DNA from: Dehalococcoidia bacterium
GTDB lineage: Bacteria; Chloroflexota; Dehalococcoidia; Lucifugimonadales; CBDCYU01
Length of the DNA: 64,000 nucleotides
Direction: 5' to 3'
NCBI GenBank assembly: GCA_965224345.1
Contig: CBDCYU010000003.1
Location: forward strand, 683,013 to 747,012
Shown here: positions 10,947 through 20,505 of the stretch, piece by piece
Position numbering within the stretch: the stretch's first letter is position 1
Layout of the letters: every line of letters begins with the position of its first letter
The notes under the pieces: model-generated
What the model was told of the DNA's origin: nothing
Seen by the model: only the letters and a program-made list of their open reading frames with translations
Database searches by the model: none
Program-made: the position numbers and the translations under genes

Positions 10947-11516
10947 TCATGCCTTCTCCTCACCGCCGCGCGGCTCCGGCGGGGTGGGCTGATCGTACTC
11001 GAGCACGCCCTCGATGCGCCGGTAGTACTCCGAGCGCTCGTCGTCGGACAGCACGGCGCGCGGCTCAATCTCCTCCGAGGCGGCCGGGCGGCTCATCAGC
11101 CGCAGGGCGAAGAGCAGGGCGAGGAGGGCGCCGGCCGCGGCGGCCGGCGGGAGCAGCCAGACCAGCAGATTGAACCCCTCTCGCGGAGGCTCCATGAGCA
11201 GCGAGACGTCGTAGCTCTCGACGAAGTACGCCTTGATCTCCTCGTCCGTATGCCCTTCCCGTACCTGCTTGGCGACGATCTCCCTCATCGCCGCCGCCAG
11301 CTCGTTCTGGGACTGATCGATGGATTCGCCGGGGCAGACGGGACACATGATGGCCTTGTTGAGCCTCTGAATGCGGAGCTCTCCCTCCGAGATGTCGCTG
11401 CCGAGCCCACATGCGATGGCGGCGAGGGAGACCAGCATCACCGCCGCAAGGACTGCTGGCGATCGTCGAGCCGTCTGCAACGTCTCCGTCTTTCGACGGG
11501 CCTCGGTTGGTCCCAT
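10947..11516 (-). CDS. ccmH: Cytochrome c biogenesis protein CcmH/NrfF
   Basis: IMCPVCPGESIDQS, IKAYFVESY..LLMEPP, then a TM helix WLLP. Confidence 0.9.
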   Translation of the reverse strand: MGPTEARRKTETLQTARRSPAVLAAVMLVSLAAIACGLGSDISEGELRIQRLNKAIMCPVCPGESIDQSQNELAAAMREIVAKQVREGHTDEEIKAYFVESYDVSLLMEPPREGFNLLVWLLPPAAAAGALLALLFALRLMSRPAASEEIEPRAVLSDDERSEYYRRIEGVLEYDQPTPPEPRGGEEKA

Positions 11517-11748
11517 GCACTCCCTCGAGGGGTCTGGATACGTCCCAGCGCCTAGTTTCAGGTAAGGGTAGTTGCCGGCGCCGCTGCCCTACACCACGCT
11601 AACATTATACCGCCTGTGTTGGTGGCCTGGAGGCGAGAGAGCCTGGTGTTGAAGCGCAACCCCTTTGCTATAATGGCTCAGGCGTCGGCCCGGTCGAGAC
11701 ACGACCTCCAGCAACCGAGTCCGAGGCTGGTCCGCCTGAGGAGACCTG

Positions 11749-12750
11749 ATGTCTGTCATCTACGTAGCGTCCGAGCGGGATGGTGAGGGGAAGACGGCGC
11801 TGTGCGCCGCTCTGGCCCACGGGCTGCGCGAGAGGGGACGCACCTCCTCCGTGCTCAAGCCGCTGGCCTCCGGCGGCTCCGATCCGGACGCCGAGATCTA
11901 CGAAAGGCTCCTGGGGCAGCCGACGGAGGCGCACCCACCGGCCCCAGGCGAGGGGCCGCTCACAACCGAGGCTATGGGAGGCGTCGCCGCACTGGTGGCC
12001 GACGCCTCCAGGGCCGTCGAGGTCGTCTTCGTCGAGGGGCCGTCCCATCTCTCCATCGAGGAGTCGGCGCGCCTCGCCGAGTCGATTGACGCCAGGGCCC
12101 TCGTCGTAAGCCGGTACCGTCACGACATGAGCGCGTCCCAGCTTGCAGGCTGGCGCGGCGGGTTTGGCGACAGGCTGGCGGGGTTCGTCATCAATGGGGT
12201 CACCCGCTACAAGGGGACGGATACCCGGACCCGCCTGCTTCCATCGCTCCGGGAACGGGGACTCGACGTCCTCGGCGCTGTCCCCGAGGACCGGAGGCTG
12301 CTGGGCTCGACGGTCGCCCAGATCGCCGAGTGCCTGGAGGGGCGTTTCATCGCCTGCCATGAGAGAGCCGACACGCTGGTAGAGCACCTGATGGTGGGAG
12401 GCATGGGCATGGACCCGGGCGAGCTCTACTTCGGAACCAGGGAGAACAAGGCCGTCATCGTCCGGGGAGACCGGCCGGACATCCAGATGTCCGCTCTCGG
12501 TACCCCGACGGCGTGCCTGGTGCTGACCAAGGGGATCGAGCCCATCGAGTACGTCAAGTACGAGGCGGAGCAGGAGGAGGTGCCGGTGATGGTGGTGCCC
12601 GCCGACACCCTCGGCGTCATGAGCTCGCTGGCGTCGCTGATGGAGGACAGTCGGTTCGATCACCCGGCAAAGCTCAGGAGATTCGCAGAGCTGCTTGACG
12701 AGAGCTTGGACCTGCCAGCGCTTCTCGACGCTGTAGGCGCCCACGGCTAG
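11749..12750 (+). CDS. Phosphotransacetylase N-terminal-like (BioD/AAA_26 + DRTGG) protein
   Basis: P-loop GEGKT, LKPL, AVIVRGDRPDIQMSAL, LVLTKG. TGnTATAAT-type -10 at about 11666-11674. Confidence 0.85.
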   Translation: MSVIYVASERDGEGKTALCAALAHGLRERGRTSSVLKPLASGGSDPDAEIYERLLGQPTEAHPPAPGEGPLTTEAMGGVAALVADASRAVEVVFVEGPSHLSIEESARLAESIDARALVVSRYRHDMSASQLAGWRGGFGDRLAGFVINGVTRYKGTDTRTRLLPSLRERGLDVLGAVPEDRRLLGSTVAQIAECLEGRFIACHERADTLVEHLMVGGMGMDPGELYFGTRENKAVIVRGDRPDIQMSALGTPTACLVLTKGIEPIEYVKYEAEQEEVPVMVVPADTLGVMSSLASLMEDSRFDHPAKLRRFAELLDESLDLPALLDAVGAHG

Positions 12751-12789
12751 CCAATTTGCCATTCAGGGGAGAGGGGGCAGCTGCGCCGC

Positions 12790-13539
12790 TCACCTGGACT
12801 GGGCCGGCTCCTCTACGCTGATCAGCTGCTTCGCCATCTCGACGCACGCGATAGCGTCGTTGCCGTACCCGTCCGCCCCCATGTCGTCGGCGAACTCCTG
12901 GGTCACGGGAGCCCCGCCGACCATGATCTTGACCTCGTCGCGCATACCGGCGTCCTCGAACTCCTGGATCGTCCTTCCCATGTTGGGCATGGTCGTCGTC
13001 AGAAGCGCGGACATCCCCAGCACCTTGGCGCCGTGCTCCAGGACGGCGTCGATAAACTCCTCGGGCTTGGTATCGACGCCAAGGTCTTCTACGACGAAGC
13101 CGGCGCCCCGCAGCATCATTATGCACAGGTTCTTGCCTATGTCGTGAAGGTCGCCCTTGACCGTCCCCATGATGACCGTTCCGACGGGCTCGATGCCGGA
13201 GGCCGACAGGATCGGCTCGATGTGCACCATGCCGGCCTTCATGGCCCTCGCGGCTACGAGCACCTCGGGGACGAAGATGATGTTGTCCCGGAACTTGATC
13301 CCCACGATCGCCATGCCCGATATGAGCCCGTCGTCCAGCACGGTATTGGCGTCGTAGCCGTCGGCCAAGGCTTCCCTGGTCAACCTGTCCACCTCGTGCT
13401 GGTCGCCGGTTATCAGGGCGTAGGCCATCTTCTCCATGAGGGGATCGACCCTCTCGAACATCGAGGTGATGTGGTTGAGCTCGAATGGCTTGCTGATGTG
13501 GACCAGCTCGCCCCTGATTCCTTCATTTTCTATGGGCAT
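12790..13539 (-). CDS. Corrinoid (B12-binding) methyl-carrier protein, MtbC/MttC-like
   Basis: GTVKGDLHDIGKNL, MSALLTTTM, VGGAPV. Cap domain FVPEVLVAARAMK. GAGGAG RBS before ATG 13539. Confidence 0.93.
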   Translation of the reverse strand: MPIENEGIRGELVHISKPFELNHITSMFERVDPLMEKMAYALITGDQHEVDRLTREALADGYDANTVLDDGLISGMAIVGIKFRDNIIFVPEVLVAARAMKAGMVHIEPILSASGIEPVGTVIMGTVKGDLHDIGKNLCIMMLRGAGFVVEDLGVDTKPEEFIDAVLEHGAKVLGMSALLTTTMPNMGRTIQEFEDAGMRDEVKIMVGGAPVTQEFADDMGADGYGNDAIACVEMAKQLISVEEPAQSR

Positions 13540-13573
13540 GTGGCTCCTCACTCTGTGCGAGTCGTCTGGGGAC

Positions 13574-13616
13574 ATTATTTTGCGTACGGGGCCGTCTGTC
13601 AACCAAGGGGACGGCC
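13574..13616 (-). promoter_or_regulatory. Internal sigma70-type promoter for the corrinoid gene, with an inverted repeat around -35
   Basis: TTGACA (13602-13597), 17-bp spacer, AATAAT (13579-13574). GGCCGTC (13590-13596) and GACGGCC (13610-13616) flank the -35. Confidence 0.55.
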
Positions 13617-13683
13617 GCTTCAGGGCCTTTCGAGGTCCGGCTCGGCTCATGACCGTTCGGGCTGTTTCCGTCGAGGCTTGGTG

Positions 13684-14730
13684 CTAACGTGTCGTCAGCC
13701 TCTTTTCGCGGTACGCCTGTATGTAGTTCATGCAGAAGTCGTCCTGGCCCAGCAGCATCTCCCTGGCGAGGCGTACGCCTTCCGAATCGACGTTCAGATC
13801 GAAGACGGTCTGGATCTTGCTCTGGATGGGATCGATGATCCCGCAGTCTATGCCTGCTCCCAGGCCGAGGTGTATGAAGGTGTCGTTGACCAGCTTTCGC
13901 CGCGGCAGCCCGAATGAGACGTTGCTCAGCCCCCCGGTGATGTGGACCTCGGAGCCGTAGATGCCGCGTATCTCGCTGACGGCGTTCAGGTAGTCGGTGC
14001 CATACTGGGAGGCCACGGCGATGGGGAAGACCAGGCCGTCGACGTACACGTCGGACAGCGGGATGTTGGCCGCCTCTACAGCGCTCATCACCTCCCGGAT
14101 ATTCTCGACCCTCTCGCTGTCGTCGCTGGGCATACCCTCAGCCCCGGATGCCGTCACGATGACCTTGGCGTCATGGCTCTTCACTAGGTCCAGGGTCTCC
14201 AGGCGCTCCAGGGCGACGGAGTTGATCATGGGCCGCCCGATACGGCCGTCGTACTCGGCCAGCCCCGCCTCGATGATCTCCGGGTTCGAGGAGTCGATAC
14301 TCAGGGGAACGGAGGAGACCTCCTGTGCGGTCCTCACCAGCCACGCCATGGCCCGTTTCTGGACGTCCAGCCGGTAGGAGATCTCGTCTACGTTCAGATC
14401 GAGGAAGTGAGCCCCGGCGGCAACCTGCCTGCGGGCCTCGTAGGCGATGTAGCTCGCGCCTTCGGCGCTCTCGTCGGGGTCGTCTCCGATGCCCTTGCTC
14501 ATGGCGATCATGAAGTGCTTGATCTGCCCCTGCTCGTAGGGCTGGGTGCTCTTGAAGCTCTCGGGAACCGTCAGGAGCCTGTCCTCCCCCGACTCTCCCT
14601 TGAAGGTGACCGCCTCCGTGCCGTCCTCCAGCGTCGTGGTCCTCCTGCCGTTTCGCAGCACGATTCGCGTCGCGTGGATGTTCTCCGCGATGATAGTGAA
14701 CTCTTCCGGCGACTCGATCGCTCTAGCCAT
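13684..14730 (-). CDS. Pterin-binding methyltetrahydrofolate:corrinoid methyltransferase (AcsE/MetH folate-domain-like)
   Basis: FLDLNVD, PLSIDSS, MINSV, GGLSNVSFGLP.R motifs. Confidence 0.88.
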   Translation of the reverse strand: MARAIESPEEFTIIAENIHATRIVLRNGRRTTTLEDGTEAVTFKGESGEDRLLTVPESFKSTQPYEQGQIKHFMIAMSKGIGDDPDESAEGASYIAYEARRQVAAGAHFLDLNVDEISYRLDVQKRAMAWLVRTAQEVSSVPLSIDSSNPEIIEAGLAEYDGRIGRPMINSVALERLETLDLVKSHDAKVIVTASGAEGMPSDDSERVENIREVMSAVEAANIPLSDVYVDGLVFPIAVASQYGTDYLNAVSEIRGIYGSEVHITGGLSNVSFGLPRRKLVNDTFIHLGLGAGIDCGIIDPIQSKIQTVFDLNVDSEGVRLAREMLLGQDDFCMNYIQAYREKRLTTR

Positions 14731-14769
14731 GGGCGGTGACTCCTCTCCGGGGCAGGTTGTCGGCTCCCT

Positions 14770-15807
14770 TCAGCTGGCGTGCTCCTGGCACCATGCCCTG
14801 ACGGCCTTGGGTATCTCGATCAGGTTCTCCAGCTTGGTCGCCAGTGGTATCGCGCACTCGGGAGCGATCATGTCCACTCCGGCGTCCATGCACCTAAAGA
14901 CGGCCTGGCGCACCTCGGCGGGACCCCGGCTGTACAGGAGCTCAGGGTTGTTGAGGTTCCCCACGAGCCTGATGCGCCCGGAGGCGATGTCCATGGCCTC
15001 TTGGGGATCGTTCTTGGAGTCGAAGTGGAAGCAGGCCATGTTGCTGCGGGCTATGTAGTCCAGGCGGTCGGTGGTGCTGCCGCATATGTGGAGGATGAGC
15101 GGCACCTTGAGGCGCTCGGCCATCTCCTGGTGCAGCTCCATCAGGAAGTCGCGGTAGTAGGCGCCGCTGACCAGGTCGCCGGTGGCGTGGTCCGGGAAGG
15201 TCAGCACGTCGGCCCCGGCGGCGATTTGAGCCTCGCCGAACAGCACCGATATCTCCTTCATCTTGTCGAGGCTGCGCTTGACCATGTCCGGGTCGTCGAC
15301 GGTCATGAGCAGGAAGTGCTCCACGCCGAAGACGTGGTAGGCCAGGGTCCACGGCCCCATCGTCTTGCCGATGATGGCCACCTCGTCGCCGAACTCCTCC
15401 TTCAGGAGCTCGATCGACTTGGTGATGGTGATGTTGTCGGGGTGCTCCAGGAACCCCGGGGGGATGTGGACGTCGTCGGGCCCCTTCCAGATGGGGTTGT
15501 ACATCCGGACGGTGGGCCAGTTGTCCTTCTCCTCCCACTGCATCTCGCACCCCAGGGCGGAGGACTCCTGGATGATGGAGAAGTAGGGCATGACGGAGTC
15601 AAAGCCGAGCTCGGTGCGTCCGGTGGCTGCCAGCCGGGCGGCCAGGTAGGGATCGCGGCAAGCGTCGGGGAAGGGAGCGTTGACCAGGTCCATGAGCTCC
15701 ACGGTCCCGACGTTGGTCGGGTTGGCCACGGGCGGCCTATCGACCGGCCTGCCCGCCAGCGCGTTCATGACGCGCTCCCTGGGGGTCATCGTCTCGGCGA
15801 ATGGCAT
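14770..15807 (-). CDS. MtaA/CmuA family (URO-D fold) methylcobamide methyltransferase
   Basis: MTPRERV..AL.G..VDRPPV, GPWTLA, Zn ligands LHICG and APEC, VGNL. Confidence 0.9.
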   Translation of the reverse strand: MPFAETMTPRERVMNALAGRPVDRPPVANPTNVGTVELMDLVNAPFPDACRDPYLAARLAATGRTELGFDSVMPYFSIIQESSALGCEMQWEEKDNWPTVRMYNPIWKGPDDVHIPPGFLEHPDNITITKSIELLKEEFGDEVAIIGKTMGPWTLAYHVFGVEHFLLMTVDDPDMVKRSLDKMKEISVLFGEAQIAAGADVLTFPDHATGDLVSGAYYRDFLMELHQEMAERLKVPLILHICGSTTDRLDYIARSNMACFHFDSKNDPQEAMDIASGRIRLVGNLNNPELLYSRGPAEVRQAVFRCMDAGVDMIAPECAIPLATKLENLIEIPKAVRAWCQEHAS

Positions 15808-15879
15808 GGGGGTTGCTCCTTCTACGTGAACTGCTGCTGTGGGAATTGGGCTCCCTACCTCGCAGGAAACGGATGGACG

Positions 15880-17616
15880 TTATCTCCCCAGCAACTCCTT
15901 GATGCGTCCCTTCAATCGCTCTCGCCTCGCATTATAGAAGACATCGAACTGCGTCACAGAATCGGGTACATCTCCAAGCAGATGGAGGCTCTTGTAGTTC
16001 TGCCTGCTTGAGGAGTCGGAGAACGCTTGGTACAGCCACTTGGCCGGCATCTTGGCACTCTTTTCGGCGTTCTTGGGTCCCTCAAGAAGTTGAAGGTTTG
16101 CAAGCCGGTCCTTGCACTGGACGAAGTCGTCTATCTTTTCGTTCGGGACTCCGTCATTCCTGAGACGTCTCTCAGTGATTCGAGACCTAGGGAAGACGTG
16201 ATCGACATGGAACTGATAACGCAGATCCACAAAGGGGAGGAGCAGCGACAACAGTGCGAATACGAGGCGATTGCCGTGCCGCATATCTGCCAACTCCTCT
16301 ATCTCTTCTTCCTCAAAGACCAGCAACCTCCCGCGACCAGCCATCTCTCTGTATATAAGTTCAACGGGAAAGTCGTCCTTGTCACTCTCTCTGATGACTC
16401 GTCTGAGAGCTGTCAGCAGGGTGTCCAGGCCGCTGCCCCAGACGCCAGACTTCAACAGGCTCCTGATTAGCCACTCGCGAATCGTCCGTCGGTCATCCTT
16501 GAAGTGGCTGTGTGTCAGGTAGGCGTCTCCCGGATTCCTCACGTATAGGTAGTATGCAATTGGCAGGATAGCGTTGCTTGCACGTAGGTTCTGACCGTTG
16601 AATCCAAAATCTGATGCCAGTTGAACGGTCAAAGTCAATGCGCGTTTAATGGCATCCCAATTCCTCTCAAAGATACCCATGTTCCCTCGATTGAAATTGT
16701 CCACGTTAAAGCCGACACTGCCAATGTCGCTCAGCATCAAGCCGGCCTTGAGGACCAGGTCTTTGGAGAATGTGAAGCCGCCGCCGATCTCATTGAGATC
16801 ATCTACCAACTCGTGAATCTCTTTCCGTGCATCGTGGTGGTCCCACTGGGCTACTGCGACCGAGAGCAGCATGTCCGAATGAGAGAGGGGCGTCCCCCCG
16901 TCATTCATTCGTATGAATATCTGGAGTACCTTGTCTAGTTCCTGCCCCTTCTCCTCGTAAAAGGCTACAAGGTGCTCAGTGTGAACAACTCGATGGAGTC
17001 GATCCAGGACCTCATAGGCTCTGTCCACATGCTCTTGGGGAAGCCGTTGATTGAGCCACTGCACCATAGCAGGCCCACTCTTCATTTTCAGCACTTCACG
17101 AACGGGGAACCAACATGCACCGTTGGTGTCGGAGGACTGTTCACCGTGTAGGAAGCTGAAACGATACTCCAACCCATCATCGTCGTCACTAGGCGTCCAA
17201 AGCAGGTCCAGATAGAGCAGCCGTTCGGGAAACGCGTGAGGATTGTTCCACCAAAGTCGTGGAAGCTTCCACGCAACGCTCCCGCGCAGGCCGATGTTCA
17301 GTGCGGTCAAACGCTGCTGCCCGTCAAGTACTGCCGTCAACTGTTTATCTGGCACATCCGGCAGTGGCGGACAATGGGGGTTATCCCGTTCGTGATAGTT
17401 GAGAACGAAATCGAAGAACTTGAACTTCCCGCTGTTCTCTGGCTCGACCCGCCAGTACAGAAAGGTGCCGAATGGATAGCCTTGCATGAGACTGTCGAAC
17501 AACCTGCATATCTGGCCAGCTCCCCATACGAACTCTCGTTGGATGGCGGGTAACACGAGGCCATGGCTGTGAATTTCATCGAGGGTCTCTTTGATGGTAG
17601 CGCCGGTCTGGTACAC
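15880..17616 (-). CDS. GmrSD-like DUF262 + HNH (DUF1524-type) putative type IV restriction endonuclease
   Basis: LPAIQREFVW, LDGQQRLT, IFIRMNDGGTPL. C-terminal HVDHVFP...LANLQLL...N. Lower GC. Confidence 0.88.
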   Translation of the reverse strand: MYQTGATIKETLDEIHSHGLVLPAIQREFVWGAGQICRLFDSLMQGYPFGTFLYWRVEPENSGKFKFFDFVLNYHERDNPHCPPLPDVPDKQLTAVLDGQQRLTALNIGLRGSVAWKLPRLWWNNPHAFPERLLYLDLLWTPSDDDDGLEYRFSFLHGEQSSDTNGACWFPVREVLKMKSGPAMVQWLNQRLPQEHVDRAYEVLDRLHRVVHTEHLVAFYEEKGQELDKVLQIFIRMNDGGTPLSHSDMLLSVAVAQWDHHDARKEIHELVDDLNEIGGGFTFSKDLVLKAGLMLSDIGSVGFNVDNFNRGNMGIFERNWDAIKRALTLTVQLASDFGFNGQNLRASNAILPIAYYLYVRNPGDAYLTHSHFKDDRRTIREWLIRSLLKSGVWGSGLDTLLTALRRVIRESDKDDFPVELIYREMAGRGRLLVFEEEEIEELADMRHGNRLVFALLSLLLPFVDLRYQFHVDHVFPRSRITERRLRNDGVPNEKIDDFVQCKDRLANLQLLEGPKNAEKSAKMPAKWLYQAFSDSSSRQNYKSLHLLGDVPDSVTQFDVFYNARRERLKGRIKELLGR

Positions 17617-17667
17617 GACGTTCTTCCTCCTCTCACTTCGAGGGGCTGAAGCCGGGGGCGGTGGTGG

Positions 17668-17886
17668 TCATCTGGCAGCCCTCCTCGCCAGCATATGCGT
17701 AACCGGTCGCATCTGTGACTGTAGGACGGTCAAGACTGCCAGGGTATCTCCGTTCAGACCCATGAACTCGACGACAAATGCCTCCCGTCCCGGGTGGATA
17801 TGCACGATAGTTCCGACGTCACCGCACGCCAGTCCCTCCTCCGGCAGGTCGGTTGTGAGCACGATGCGGCTATGCTCGCTAAGCAT
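17668..17886 (-). CDS. DUF4926 domain protein
   Basis: EHSRIVLTTDLPEEGLACGDVGTIVH...VVEF. Confidence 0.8.
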   Translation of the reverse strand: MLSEHSRIVLTTDLPEEGLACGDVGTIVHIHPGREAFVVEFMGLNGDTLAVLTVLQSQMRPVTHMLARRAAR

Positions 17887-18043
17887 CGGGACGCTCCGCG
17901 AGCACATGTGAGACGAGGGCCTGTACCTTCACGGTCGTCTCATGCTCAGTAGAGCCGTACGCCATCGCCCCGGGGACCTCCACCACTTCGGCGATCCAGC
18001 GGCCATCTACCTCCCGTTTAGTCTCTACGCAGAGCTTTTTCAC
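17879..18043 (-). CDS. HicB-like antitoxin, 54 aa (below the ORF-track cutoff)
   Basis: Manual translation VKKLCVETKREVDGRWIAEVVEVPGAMAYGSTEHETTVKVQALVSHVLAERPDA. GTG overlaps the upstream TGA. Confidence 0.7.
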   Translation of the reverse strand: MKKLCVETKREVDGRWIAEVVEVPGAMAYGSTEHETTVKVQALVSHVLAERPDA

Positions 18044-18369
18044 TGCCGGCTTCGTCCAACGTAGACTACCTCGCCGCGCTTAGCGGTTTCCAGACTCTCC
18101 AGCACTTGGGGAACCAACGGCATAAGGTCCTCCACGTCGTTCGATGGCGCGTAGAGGACCATCACCGCAATGTCGGCATCGGTTATGTATTGCTGGTTCG
18201 GGATGCCATGGTCAACAGTGATCAGGATGTCGAACTCGTCCCTTGCCAGCGCCAACAACTCGCCGTTGCTCTTGCTGCTCCAACCCATATATTGAGCCGT
18301 CCTCACGTCATGTCCTGGGAAGTAGTGCCGGAACCGGTGGGTAACCGACTCATCCAGCAGTAGCTTCAT
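18040..18369 (-). CDS. DUF5615 PIN-like toxin (VapC45-like)
   Basis: MKLLLDESV, HDVRT..MGWSSKSNGELL, ILITVD. Confidence 0.85.
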   Translation of the reverse strand: MKLLLDESVTHRFRHYFPGHDVRTAQYMGWSSKSNGELLALARDEFDILITVDHGIPNQQYITDADIAVMVLYAPSNDVEDLMPLVPQVLESLETAKRGEVVYVGRSRQ

Positions 18370-18802
18370 AGGCGTCTTTTTCTATGATCCGTCTCGCCGT
18401 ATGGAGCGCTGCTACGGCCTGCTCTCGACTGACCGACGGGAATTCGTAGAGGAATACGTCGAGGCTGTAGCCCTTGGCGAGATAGTCGAAGAGGTTCTTT
18501 ATGACCACGCGGCTGCCCTTGAAGACAGGCCATCCGCTCATGACATCCCCGCGGCTGTGGACGATGCGTGCCTCGTCCGCGCGGGTCTGCTCCTCCATCG
18601 CCGCCAACGCCTGCCCTCGGCTGACCGACGGAAATAGACTCAGAAAGATGTTCAGGTTGTGGCTCTCTTCGAGGCACTCAAACAGTTTCGCCACCGGTAC
18701 GTCGGTCCCGGCGAAGATGGCGCCGTCATCCGCCGCGGCCGTCTCGTCGGCAACACCGCTCTGTATGGCCTCCGTTGTGGTGCTTCCGTCTGTCTGTGTC
18801 AT
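18350..18802 (-). CDS. Tandem DUF433 antitoxin
   Basis: Two copies: FAGTDVPV..LFECL...FPSVSR.QA and MSGWPVFKGSRV..LFDYL...FPSVSREQA. Overlaps the toxin start. Confidence 0.85.
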   Translation of the reverse strand: MTQTDGSTTTEAIQSGVADETAAADDGAIFAGTDVPVAKLFECLEESHNLNIFLSLFPSVSRGQALAAMEEQTRADEARIVHSRGDVMSGWPVFKGSRVVIKNLFDYLAKGYSLDVFLYEFPSVSREQAVAALHTARRIIEKDAYEATAG

Positions 18803-18899
18803 CGCTTCTCCCTCCATGGGACTCGACATGGTGCTCGAACCGCAGCCGCCGCTCTCCTGGCGTGGATGGTGGTTTCGTTGGTGACCGGTCGGCGTACGC

Positions 18900-19574
18900 C
18901 TACGACGGCGGGGTGAAGCCGAGGGTGCCAGTGGTCATCTGCCCCCGCAGCGCCTCTGCCTCCAACATGCTCTCCACGGAGGAGATGTTGCGGGAATAGG
19001 GCAGCAGCACCCGCAGCATCTCGTCGTGGCGCTGTCCGCACGGGAAGGCCACCACGGTGTCGTCCACCTTCTCCATCTCGCCGTACCTCACGAAGCCTCC
19101 GACGACCAGCCGGAGCCGAGCCGAGACGTTGGGGGCCTCCCCGGTGGCGGATACGTCGTAGACCCAGTTGCCGTCGCCCTGGCGGCCCTGGACAGCCAGT
19201 ATCAGCCGGGTCTTGGTGTCCTTGATGGTCATGTCCCCCTCGGGCTGGGCGTACTCCCGCGCCTTGCCCACGGCCTGGGACGCGAGGAACTTCAGCGGCC
19301 TGACGTGGACATAGCCGCAGCCGAACCTGAGCTGGTTGTGGGTTCCCGCGACGGGCTCCAGGCCGCCCATCTCCACGATCCTGTCGCGTATCTGCCCAAT
19401 CCGGCCCTGGGCGCCCTCCTTCTGGCTGAAGGTCCAGACGGTGCACAGCCCATCTTTGACGTAGAGGCCGACGCTGATGTCGTGAAAGCTGGAGTCCATG
19501 GACACCAGCTCCAGGCAGTTGCCGTACCGTTTCAGCACGTCGGCCACGCTGGTCCTCGTCTTGGTCTCGGTCAT
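18900..19574 (-). CDS. Hypothetical protein in the methyltransferase run, with two FxCGxxH motifs
   Basis: AAGGAGG RBS, host-like codon usage, motifs RFGCGYVH and AFPCGQRH. Confidence 0.75.
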   Translation of the reverse strand: MTETKTRTSVADVLKRYGNCLELVSMDSSFHDISVGLYVKDGLCTVWTFSQKEGAQGRIGQIRDRIVEMGGLEPVAGTHNQLRFGCGYVHVRPLKFLASQAVGKAREYAQPEGDMTIKDTKTRLILAVQGRQGDGNWVYDVSATGEAPNVSARLRLVVGGFVRYGEMEKVDDTVVAFPCGQRHDEMLRVLLPYSRNISSVESMLEAEALRGQMTTGTLGFTPPS

Positions 19575-19602
19575 CGTGTCCCTCCTTGGCCGGCGGCGCC
19601 CA

Positions 19603-20502
19603 CTAGCCACGCAGCGCCCGGCTCAGCTCGCGAATATGGTCCGGCCCCGTGCCGCAGCACCCGCCGATGATGTTGACCCCCAGGTCGTAGAGCTTCCTGA
19701 AGCCATCGACCATGAACTCCGGTGTCTCGGGGTAGACGATGCGGCCCTGGACGATGGCCGGGATGCCAGCGTTGGAGTGGACGGCCAGGTAGCCGTCGGT
19801 CGCCGCCCGCATCTGCTCCGCTATCTCGACCATCTTCTCAATGCCGTTGCCGCAGTTGGTGCCGACGACGTCGGCTCCGGCCGCCGACAGCTCGGAGACG
19901 CACTGCTCGGGGGTGACGCCCATCATGGTGAAGTAACCTCTGGGTCCCTTGTCGAATATCATGGTGGAGATGACGGCGAGATCCGTGTTCTCCTTGGCCG
20001 CCCTTATGGCTAGGACCGCCTCCTCCGTCGCCGTCTTCGTCTCGATGGCGACGGCGTCGGCCCCGCCCTCCTCTAGGGCCGTGACCTGCTCGGTGAAGGC
20101 ATCGAGCATCTCGGCCTCGCTCACGGGCCCCAGGGGCTCCAGGAACTCTCCGGTGGGCCCGACGGATCCCACGACGTAGCCGCCGGGCGACGCTTGGCTT
20201 CGAGCATGCTCCGCCGCCAGGCGGTTTAGCTCGCGGACTCTGTCCCCGTGACCGTACTTGCGGAGCATGAAGCTGTTGGCGCCGAAAGAGTTGGTCAGAA
20301 CCATGTCGGAGCCCGCCTCGAAGTACTCTCTTGCCATGCCCTGCACGGTCTCGGGCTGGCTGGCGTTGAACTCCTCCGGGCAGCCGCCCGGCTCCAGCCC
20401 GTGGCGCTGCAGGTAGGTCCCGGTCGCCCCATCGGAGATCAGGACATCGCCGCGGTCAAGCCTATCGAGTATGGAGATTCTGTGAGAGCCGTTCTGTGTC
20501 AT
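19603..20502 (-). CDS. Homocysteine S-methyltransferase domain protein (stand-alone MetH N-terminal module)
   Basis: DGATGT, TNSFGAN, GSVGPTG, Zn ligands NCG and GGCCGTGPDHI, SNAGIP. Confidence 0.92.
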   Translation of the reverse strand: MTQNGSHRISILDRLDRGDVLISDGATGTYLQRHGLEPGGCPEEFNASQPETVQGMAREYFEAGSDMVLTNSFGANSFMLRKYGHGDRVRELNRLAAEHARSQASPGGYVVGSVGPTGEFLEPLGPVSEAEMLDAFTEQVTALEEGGADAVAIETKTATEEAVLAIRAAKENTDLAVISTMIFDKGPRGYFTMMGVTPEQCVSELSAAGADVVGTNCGNGIEKMVEIAEQMRAATDGYLAVHSNAGIPAIVQGRIVYPETPEFMVDGFRKLYDLGVNIIGGCCGTGPDHIRELSRALRG

Positions 20503-20505
20503 CAG

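Noticed and set aside
12790..15807. Pyrrolysine-type methylamine methyltransferase or methanogenesis genes
   Set aside because: No in-frame TAG read-through candidate, no MttB/MtmB-like gene and no mcr. The context is bacterial.
15880..18830. Integron cassette array or prophage
   Set aside because: No integrase, attC-like sites or phage genes. Most of the genes overlap directly.
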